This document shows positions 11,118 through 21,393 of a stretch of DNA of 49,073 bases, one piece after another. The stretch's first letter is position 1. Every line of letters starts with the position of its first letter. A program made the translations under genes and the position numbers. The notes below the pieces were generated by a model. The model saw only the letters and a list, made by a program, of their open reading frames with translations, made no database searches and was not told where the DNA came from. Origin of the DNA: Oopsacas minuta (Eukaryota > Animalia > Porifera); the NCBI GenBank assembly GCA_024704765.1, contig JAKMXF010000050.1:1-49073 (forward strand), written 5' to 3'.

Positions 11118-14100
11118 ATGCTAACAGGTTTTGTCTCTAACTTATTACGTCATATCACGAAATTAAGGTATCTAATGGCTGCTAAGCACCCTTCCCCCTC
11201 CCCTCTTGTCTTTCCTCTCCTCGCTCTTGTTGACTTCTATCCAGTATCAGACAAGCTCACCATCCAACTGACTCTCAATGGGAAAGCTAGATCCATGGAG
11301 CGTTCTGGCTCCGAGCAGCTCAGCAAGTGCCTAAAGAGGATACAACTGAATGCCTGTGACAAGAAACAACGGGGTATTAACAAGAAAAACAAATCAACAG
11401 AACCTATGCCCTCCTCTCCTATCACTGACCTACTATTCAATAAAATTCCTATTAACTCAGAGCTAAGTAATTCAGAAGCTTGGAAGGAAGATTGTGTACT
11501 TAGAGTAGGTACAGAGGAGTTCCATGTTAGGGTAAATATTCCTAGAGTATTGGTCATCTCTCTACCGAGACACACCCTTCAGGCCTGTCCAGTCGTTCCT
11601 CAACCCCAGTTTAGTCGCTGCGAGATGCACTCTTGTCAATGGAGTTGGTGTCGAGTAGAAGACCCTGAATTCTGCGAAAAAACTCTCTTACAGGCCCTCT
11701 CCCATGGTAGGGTTGAGCTATCCGATCAGCTGATGAGTACTTTCAAACTTGTCAAAATATCTGACAGCTATGTATACTGTCCTGACTCAGTAGACGTGGG
11801 TTACAAACTATTAGTGTTATGTCAACCTCTTGATCCTATTAGTAGACAGAAAGTCGGAATTAATTGTTATGCCATTAGTTCAACTCCAGTACAGCTGTTT
11901 CCTGAGACGGAGGGACAGGTTGACAGGTTTATGCATACTAGACAGGTGACAGATACAAACCATCTACGTGTAATCTCTTACAATGTAAGCAGGGTAGCAT
12001 TACTAGCATACTCAGTTACTATAGTATATCTATCGATTTAGTAAATATGTGTAGATACTAGCAGACATGTGGGCAAATAGCAAAGACTGTCAAACTGTAA
12101 TCTATCCTCACTGCTCTCCTCTCTCTCTAGATTCAGATTACAGACGAGCACTGACTAATCGAGAACTCATTAACTATCATCCAGACATTGTGTGTCTACA
12201 AGAAGTTAGCAAGTATAGGTACACTGACTCAATAATGCCTGCGATGGAAAGTGTCGGCTTTACAGGACATTTTGCATTAAAAACCGGTGAAATGCCGGAA
12301 GGAGAGGTGATTCTGTACCGCAGAGACCGGTTTGAAGTTATTGACGTGTACTCCCTCCACTCAGGTATATTCTTTAATCAGAGTAATGCAGTATTACAGT
12401 AGCGCTAGGGTTTCATACAGGTTCTCAGGTCCATACGCCTAAAAATGGATTTTAATTCATTTCATACGCATAGACTATACATTATGCATTATGGTATAGG
12501 AGTTTCTGCCCCTAGAGAGATATTTTCATACGCTTAGATAACACCCTGAGTAGCGCGGTAATTCCCCAAGATATATGTCTAGACATTCATTCTCATATTC
12601 CACCGCAGAGACTAAGCATTTAAAGAATCTTGTAGAATTTTCGCGTTCCTGGATTTACATTAGCTGAAACTATTGAGCCTGTATATACCCTAATATATCC
12701 TAATATATCCTTTGGGAGGTACACTCATTTATATGAAAGAGAATTATATACATACGTATATACACAGTCTATTATAGAATTTGTGATTTAGGACTGTTAT
12801 GATTTTTTGGGTGTATCTAGTAACAACTCCTGCACACCAGCTGATAACTGTAGAGAGAATGGTTGTACTGTAGGTAGAATATCACTATCTCCTAGGACAA
12901 CATCCCGTGATGATCTCCTAAACTCATTTCCACTTGCTTTGATTGGAAGCATTCTCCCGTCCATTCTAGAGCTATACTGCCATTTATATTGTCTATGTAC
13001 TCAATGCAGGTGTTAAGAGTTGCATACTGCTTCTTCCAAATAAGTTGTACGTTCTGCTTCGTCTCCTCTATCTTTGTTAGAGTTGTCTTTTTGAATTCTA
13101 CAGAATATACAACAATAACAATGCACCATATTTATCCTATTTAATAAGTACTGTACCTGTAAAATCTGACTCAAATTCTTCTTTCTGCACATGTAAGGTC
13201 AGCTGCTGTACACCTGTTTGTATATCTTTAACTTCAAAGGTGTCAATTCCTGCACAAGTATTCGTGTCACTAATCCAGAGAGATCCCATATGTATTCCCA
13301 CACTTAATTCAATGTTTGATTTTTCAAAACATTCTCCATTCCACTCTAGTTTAAAAGTACCGTTTAAGTTGTCTGCGTAGACTATTTCCCTCTCTAGGGT
13401 AGGTAGCTCTTTCTCCCACGAGATGATGCTTGGTCTCTTCTCTGTAGAAACAAATAATTCAATTCCTGATAGGTCAACATGTACAGCAACGTAAACTGTA
13501 TTTATTTACTTATCTATTTTATCAGGTTGACTCTATATTTGTGTAACTTACTTGTTATTATCTCCTTTTTTGTAATGTTATCTCCTGTTATGACTTCACC
13601 CCCGCTCCAGCTAGTAGTCATACGTTCAAACTTTTCATCAGTTGATTCTGAAGTATCGAAACTTGCTATTGACATTGATCTACGTTTCACTTCTACAAGA
13701 AAGATATCATAGTATACTTAAGTCATTGCCTTAGTAATCGTAAATTAAAATTACTCATCATTGACCTGCTTTAACATTTATTTCACATATTTTTTCAAGA
13801 CACACGAATAGGTTTTGAATATTCCACTTGACCTCAATCTTAGGTATAGTCCAATTAGGCTTTTTCTTAACAATCTCGTCATCCATACGTATAAAGCAAC
13901 GATCTAGGGAATCTGCTACTGAAATACTTTGTAGCTGGTCTTTTAGGAATTTTCTACTTTCAATTAACTTTTTGTAATCCTCAAATTCTTTTTTATTTGC
14001 TGTTCTGATTCCACCAAAATGTTATCTAACTTTTCAAGCAAGCAATTCTTCTTTTCAAGGAAAGCAGTATTCAGCTCAGTGAATCTGTTTTCTATAATAT

Positions 14101-15279
14101 TCTTTTCTCTTTTAATAATATCTCTCAGCTCGGAGAGCTTAGATTCTAACTCATCCGGTAGAGACTCCATTTTCAGTGTCTTAATATTTGGTAACTAATA
14201 TTATTTAGTTTATCAGTTAATTATTTATTTATTTATTTAATCTAACAATTAATGGATTTATTATTGCCAATGCATATTGGCTGATAATAATTTGATCCTT
14301 TTTGATTATTTATTAAATCTATCGTAATGGTAACAGAATATTCTATGTAGTAATCTCTATTCAGTATTCGCTGTATGTTTTTGTAGGGGAGTATATGAGG
14401 GTTGAAGAGAATTCGGTTCTATACAACTCTCTGTTACTTTGGGGAGAAGAAGTTTCATATCACTTCTTATCACTGGGTACTATATTCCAGATTTGTATTC
14501 TAAAAGACAAATCTAATCCTAAGAGAGTTTATCTAGTTGCTAACACACATTTACACTCTAGACCTTCCGTACCGTATCTACGTCTATTCCAGATGGCTCT
14601 GCTAATCACACATATGGAGAGACTGGTAGAGCAGTACAAGAAGAGAGAAGGAAAGGAAGCTTGTGTTTTGCTCTGTGGAGATTTCAACTCTACCCCTGAC
14701 ACTGGACTAATTCAGTTCGTACAAACAGGTGAGATTGATGTAGAATTAAATAAGAAGTACAATACACCTCATTAAACCGACACAGTAATGCTTTTCTTAT
14801 TAAAACCTTTGTATTACTCTTCAATAATACAATAGAATAGTATAGAGCACCTGTACGCTAGGTAATGGTGTAATTTAATTGATATCGGAGTTTGCAATTG
14901 CGCCATTATATTTATGATATTATTAAGCCATTAACGAGTGACTATAGTACAGTTAATTCATTTAATAGGAATGATTGAATCGAACAATATTGACTGGCAA
15001 CCGTGGGCTCTGAATGTACCGACCAAGTTTGTATTCCCAGGGATTGCTATGAGTCATTCTCTCCAGCTGTTCAATGCCTGTGGACCGACTCCTTTCACAC
15101 ATTTCGCTGGCCACTACACTGGGACTCTAGATTACATTTACTGTGATACACAACATTTCAAAATACATGATGTAGCTCCTATGCCTGCCCTCTGGGAAGT
15201 GAGCAAAGAAACTGCCCTTCCTAACACTTGGTTTCCCTCAGACCACCTCCCAATTGTATGCACCTTGAATATTGTTTAG
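11118..15279 (+). CDS. PDE12: 2',5'-phosphodiesterase 12 (EEP/CCR4-family deadenylase)
   Basis: Exons 11118-11984, 12055-12364, 14387-14728, 14969-15279; motifs SYN|ILAD, CLQEV, NTHLH, LCGDFNS, TLDYIY, PSDHLP; PDE12-type N-terminal extension. Confidence 0.92.
12797..14170 (-). CDS. Paralog D, nested in PDE12 intron 2: N-terminal coiled coil + two copies of the unassigned beta-domain (~377 aa after correcting two 1-nt frameshifts; may be a pseudogene)
   Basis: Minus-strand exons 14170-13766, 13692-13552, 13441-13157, 13097-12797 with GT-AG phase-1 introns; exon 3 reads KRPSIISWEKELPTLEREIVYADNLNGTFKLEWNGECFEKSNIELSVGIHMGSLWISD. Confidence 0.75.
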
Positions 15280-15433
15280 AATCAAAATTGTATTTCTAAA
15301 TAGATGCATATATATACGTATTTGTACTAGATGTTAGCAATTCAATTACACAGAAATATTACTCAAACATTCGTAAAATGTATTCATTTATTCCTTTATG
15401 TGATTATTAGCAAATATTGTTATAAGAAAATAG

Positions 15434-15724
15434 ATGGCAGACGAGAGACTGGAGAAATTGGCTGAACAATTGGAGCAGCCATTAGTAATCCAAACTCCTG
15501 GATTTGATGCAAGATTCCCGAACACTAACCAAAGCAAGAATTGCTGGCAGAACTTTGTTGACTTCCAAAAGTGTGTAAAGCTAAAGGGAGAAGATTACGT
15601 TCCCTGCCAGTACTTCAAACGCACGTACGAGTCCCTTTGTCCAAACATATGGGTGGAGAAATGGCAGGACCAGCTGGAAAAGGGAGTATTTCCAGGACTC
15701 AAAGAGAGGAAGGCTCACCACTGA
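15434..15724 (+). CDS. COX6B: Cytochrome c oxidase subunit 6B
   Basis: TPGFDARFPNTNQSKNCWQNFVDFQKCVKLKGEDYVPCQYFKRTYESLCPNIWVEKWQDQ; intronless. Confidence 0.97.
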   Translation: MADERLEKLAEQLEQPLVIQTPGFDARFPNTNQSKNCWQNFVDFQKCVKLKGEDYVPCQYFKRTYESLCPNIWVEKWQDQLEKGVFPGLKERKAHH

Positions 15725-16259
15725 TAGATCATGTTAAATCAACATTGAGATCGATATCCTACTTCATATATTATAGACTGTAATTTGTATTTGTGTCGTA
15801 ATATTGATACTAATAGATTATTTCGTCGGTTACTGTATTTCTAGTAATTATCTCTTCCCTTGGGCTTCTTAAAGGAAGTTTGACTGAATTATTGTATTAC
15901 TGTATTTGCACTTATAGAGTCTTGTAACACCATTGATTGTGCAATAAAAAATTGGTTTTTCAAGAGAGAAATGTTCGATATTAAATTACAAATTTAAATC
16001 TTTATTGGTTTTGTGTTTAACAAATGCCCTCGGAGTACTTTAGGAGATTGGAATGTTCAAATCACGAAATGAAAGTTAATTATTGTCTAGTATGTGGAAT
16101 AGTTATTGCGATTAGTGCAATATATTACTGAATTGTTAACACATCATAATACATCAAGTAACCACCCAAGTAAAGACTAGTGTCTTATAGCAAAAAATAA
16201 AATTTATAAATATTCCAATCTTAAAATAATATAATTAAGAATCGAAATCTGAAAAATAA

Positions 16260-16661
16260 ATGTCTAAACTAGAAATATCTCGAAAACATAAATTTGAGAA
16301 TAAAAGCAATAAGAGAATTGATATCAAATTGCTTTTGGAAATAACTGAAAATGATTTGGTTGACTTTCCAATAGCTTATCTCCGTAAATTGCTAAAATCA
16401 AAATGTGAGCAGAATCAGATGCTCGACACCACGGCTCTCTTTGAGAACTTGTCAGAGACTAGGAAGCTGGCTAAGAGGGAAAGACGTTGTCAGGTTGAAA
16501 CCGAGCTGACAAAATTCGATAATTTTTGTGTCCAATATTCTATGCAAATAACCGAACAAACTAAAGCTTCACTCCAGCAAGAACGTGACCAGCTAACTCG
16601 AGAGATTGTGTTTTACAAGAATGAGATTACAAAGTTGATTTCCTCTCATAACTCGGCTTAG
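16260..16661 (+). CDS. Divergent Maf-like / bZIP-related small protein
   Basis: TENDLVDFPIAYLRKLLK resembles the Maf extended homology region; TKASLQQERDQLTREI is zipper-like; basic region non-canonical. Confidence 0.5.
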   Translation: MSKLEISRKHKFENKSNKRIDIKLLLEITENDLVDFPIAYLRKLLKSKCEQNQMLDTTALFENLSETRKLAKRERRCQVETELTKFDNFCVQYSMQITEQTKASLQQERDQLTREIVFYKNEITKLISSHNSA

Positions 16662-16988
16662 CTTAGATAACTTTCCATGAGTTAAATAAGTCATTCATTG
16701 ACCTGCACCTTTTTTATTGCAATACATACATGCATAGCTTTTTACACCTTGACTATATTGTCTCCTGCTTAAACAGCATTACTTCTAAAATTAGATATCT
16801 CCTGATGCCTGTAATTTGTTGTTATATACTATTATTGTTTTCGTAAATACACCCAATATGGTTACAAGTAATACATAATAGTAATTATTTAATTAAGAAA
16901 GGTATTTCCATTGAAAATCTGCAACAATTTGTCAATACATTAATAAACTCAACAAGAATTGACTAAACGTGTATTACATATAGTGTTA

Positions 16989-17559
16989 TTAACTGGAAGC
17001 AGCAGAAGCAGCAACAATGATAAATTGGACCACAACAACAACCAGGGAAAACACAAGGCTAGACAGTCCAAGTCCGATTGCAAATCCCCCGAACACCTTG
17101 ACCAATTTGGCATTTTGTCGAGCTCTCTCATATTCGAATCTCTTTTCATTGTCGTATCCAGCGAATGCAAATATCAACGCTAGAATACCGAAAATAGGGC
17201 AACACAAGAGCGAAGTGAATGCCACACACCATAGACAACCAGTGATTACTGTCTGTTGCGGTTGGTTGTAGGGAGGCTGGGTTTCATGTCCTTGATATTG
17301 GTAGTAAGGCTGTTGATGAACCTGTTGGGGCTGTTGTTGATGTTGTTGATGTTGTTGACCTAGAATTAAAATTTTGAATATAGTTAAATACACATTTAGT
17401 CAAAATCTATTAATTAAACACTAAAGGAATCTGATTGGCTATACCTGCGTAATAACCCTGTGGAGCTGTAGGCTGAGTTGGTTGTGTTTGCTGGACTGGA
17501 GCTGTTGGCTCGTATGCAGGAGGGTGCTCTTTTGTTGGTAACAGAGTTTCTGTGTCCAT
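16989..17559 (-). CDS. CD225/dispanin-family membrane protein with Gln/Pro-rich N-terminus
   Basis: Exons 17559-17445 and 17359-16989; FTSLLCCPIFGILALIFA...ARQNAKLVK followed by a C-terminal TM helix is the CD225 pattern. Confidence 0.85.
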
Positions 17560-19010
17560 TGCTTAATTAAGATAATGTGTAATTCTAGGGTAATACTAGC
17601 TGAAAATGTAATTTATTATATCCTTCTGCCTATACCTAAAGATATATGAAACGGATCTATCCCTTACAGATTAACTCGTGATCTAGGTAAACTGATCTCA
17701 TTAAAATTACTCTTACACAAGTTTGCGTTGCAATTCTTGTAATTACATCAAAAGTTTTCTTTCTATATTCTGGATCTAAGCTTCTGCCTCCTTTTGTGGA
17801 CAATATTTTGTGAGGACGAGACCTACATAAAACCTGCTAACATGTAAAAATTAATTGAAACCCAAATAGCAATTTTAAGTATTTCTTAGAATTGTGTATA
17901 TTTCACAAACTATATACAATGAATAGAATGAATGGATTATGCACAAATGCGTTAGTCCTGACTATTAGGCTGTGTGGAGTTCTTTATAAAAGCTTTATTG
18001 TATTCAAATTTCATTAGTTTTGTGTTTTCTCTTTTCAACTTTAACGAATTCTACTTAATAAATAGTCAGGTACAAGTAGGGAAAATATTTATCGCTGATT
18101 ATTAATAAATTTATGGATTTATTGGCAGAAATTTATTATCTTTTGACATTTTTGCCTTTGCTAGGAGTTGACGATATTCTGAAGCCATTTTCACATTACG
18201 TAGCTTATCTATTTGCACGAGAACTAGTAGTAGAATCTTAGTAAAATACAAATAGTTACAGGGGCTTCAGTTTATCATAGCTTTCCTGCAAGAACAATAT
18301 CATATAAACATTCAACTAAAAATTACCTTGTTAGGCCTTCATAACCTTTCTTAGATAAATATATTAAACAAGTTAACATATACAGTCAATCCACTTAATT
18401 GGGATTTCTGTTACGCTATTTCTTGCAACAATTCAGATCCAAATTATGGAAATTATACAAAAAATAGGGTAAATGGAGACTTAACTAATCAGGTCAACTA
18501 TCTGGAACGGAATTGTACGAATTAAGCAGTCTGCTGTAGCTCATTAATTAATTAATTAATTAATACTAGTTATCGCTTACTAGGTTACTTGAGAATATAA
18601 TATTAACGAACCTTTGGCTCGTCGCTTCGCGATGAACTCGGCGTATTGTGCCTCGAGTTATCCATTATTCTCCAAATTGACAGCCCTTTTGAGTATTATA
18701 ATATAGATATATTTAGAACAATATAATTCACAATTATACGTGTATGGCATAAATATTAATGAATTATTTTGTAAGATCATCCCCCTTTGAAGCGGTGAGG
18801 ACAAATATGTATGTAAAGGTTACTACAACAATTTCTACTGTCCATCTGGGACAAAATTAATGTGATCAATAAACTTTCGCACGAAACACTAACTTTACTA
18901 AATAGATTGTTGAATATTTGTAGAGACAATAATTAAGCATAATCTATTCTCCATCATCCATTATGCCGTTTCGAGCTTCTTTAAACAAATATTCTATGGT
19001 TTCGATGATT

Positions 19011-19292
19011 TCTTTACTTTATAGTAATAAAAACAACAATAAATGTATATATCAACGGACAAAGAACAAACAATGCCATATTCGGACTCGGCATACTCGA
19101 ATACCCCAACATAGTCGTTGAAAGCATGATTCTATCTCAATTTTGAAATTTGTTTACTTTATATTCATAAAAACAACAATAAATTTACATATGATTAATC
19201 CAAAAGTGTGAAAATCAGAATTAGCATGTTCGATATCCTTTCCTTGACAAACAAACAAACAAACAAACAAACAACAATTGAGATCTAATAAT
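19011..19292. repeat. Dispersed repeat (inverted homolog at ~36425-36583) with internal direct repeat and (CAAA)n
   Basis: tttactttatattcataaaaacaacaa...acaaacaacaattgagat matches the reverse complement of 36431-36510; 18761-18778 is the exact reverse complement of 36566-36583. Confidence 0.6.
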
Positions 19293-19343
19293 ATTGATTA
19301 TTTGTACTATGTAGGATATTTGCTAGCTCGATAGTCTGTCAAG

Positions 19344-20553
19344 ATGAATGTCTCTGAGATAATATTTCGTCTCTCCTTTGTCTTACTCAACCTGTTAGTC
19401 ATTGTGAGTGAATAGATAGCAATAATTATATAAAATGAATTTTCTTAAGTTTAAACATATACCCATAGGTGGGAGGAGTATGTCTGATAATCGTAGGAGC
19501 TGTTCTCATCTCCTTCTCCTCAGCACTGCTGGAGGACTTTAACATGCTTGTGTCAGGAAGCGGATTCGATTACACGTAAGCTTGTACAATGTACATCTAT
19601 TTCCAAAATATGTTTGTTAACAATCTTCCATCCTAGCGTGTTCCTGAACTCTGCCATAATTCTCATCGTAGTAGGACTGATTCTGGTGGTGATTGGACTC
19701 GTTGGAATAATCGGAACCATCAAGCACAAAATATTTGCATTTCTCTTAATAGGAGTAAGTTTATTTCAAATATACTTATCACTGTAGTATCTTATCTGTA
19801 ATGTATCTACTAGTACATGGTTGTTCTGGGGATTATCATCGTACTGCAAGTTGTTGGAGTAATCCTAGCTTTCGTTTACCAGGCACAGGTTAGTTAATTA
19901 TCTTACAAATTATTATTTTCCAAATCTTATGCTCAATGTCTGTTTAGGTTATTGAAACTATACGGGAAGATCTTGGCCCTCAGCTAATTGAGCAGTATGG
20001 TAATAACGATACTGGTGTTATAAGTGCTCTTAACTTTATACAAATGAGAGTAAGTTACCTGTATTGAATATACTACTACAATACAGCTTATTTTAATGGT
20101 GTTACTGGTTGTAGTTGGAGTGCTGTGGAATAAATGACACATACAATGACTTCACAAATCAGAATATTTCTATCCCAGAGAGTTGTACCTGTGAAGGTTC
20201 TGCCCCCTGTATTAATGTAATAGGTGTTGATGCTTTGCTAAATCCTTACAACGTTACCTCTGCTTATGCACTCGTGAGTTCAGATTCTGCTTATTTTACT
20301 ATTTTATTCGTTGTTATTAATGTTTGGTGTGTGTAGGGTTGCCTCACTACAGCTGAAAATCTTCTGGAAAACCGCACCTACCAGTACGTGTTGGGTGGAC
20401 TAGGGCTAGTATTTCTAGTGTTCGAGGTGAGTATCTGTGCTTAACTAAACTAATGCAAATTATAGAATTTATTGGAATTTCTTTATTCTACAGATTGCTG
20501 TAATCTTGTTCGCTCTTTGTATCATCTTTATGGATTTCAAGGGAGATGATTAA
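19344..20553 (+). CDS. Tetraspanin (8 exons)
   Basis: Spliced product has four TM segments and an EC2 loop with LECCG, PESC and GC; all introns GT-AG, frame intact. Confidence 0.92.
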
Positions 20554-21393
20554 TTCTCTGCTATTTTATCTTTGGTATTGTTTATTTAACTTTATGTGAC
20601 CCATTTCTTTACTCCAGTAATCGCTAGATTTGTACTCATAATAATATTACTGATCAGTTTGTTCTTTGTTTCTGTGGTTGTTGTTTATATTTATTAATTT
20701 ATTACTTGTTTAGACTAATAGACTCATAGCAATTCTATTAATTTAAGACATAATCGTAACAAAATTGCTAAAAATATCTGACTAATGCACACAAACAATT
20801 ATATCATACGTTTGGCTGGTTTAATGCCTTTATAGAGTTGGCCTGATAATAAATACAAGTTTGTTTCATAGAATAATAAATCTATTGACGCAACTAAGAA
20901 ACCAAACTCGATGGAAGCTACATTTTAGCAAATATCAGGATTCCGAACCCTTGATTATTTGTATTAATGTTTGGTTAGCGACTAAAATCCATCCAAAAAT
21001 GTTGTAACTGTGATCATCGAGATGCAACTTCAAACATATACGTAACATTAATTATTACTACTATTATTAATAATGTGGTACTTGACAGGTAGTTACAATT
21101 GTGTGATTTAAATTTTCGATTATTCACACCTGAGAATTATTGATTTATTTTATTAAATAACCAATCATTCAGAAAGCATTCTTTCTATAGATATATTTTC
21201 AAATAACCAAACTGTGTGCTCATTGATTCGGTATGAAGCAGCTATCCATAAGGATTCATGCCATTCATTTCTTTGTTGTTTGCAGAGAGCTAATGAGATT
21301 CTGAAACTCAACAAGTATCTATCCACACACGGATTAATATTGTTTAGTATAAAAGCAGTATTTACCAAAATGCGATATTAAACAATTTATCAA

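Noticed and set aside
12398-12560. CATACGC-motif patch shared in reverse with 42225-42345
   Set aside because: Only short motifs match; no clear termini or TSD.
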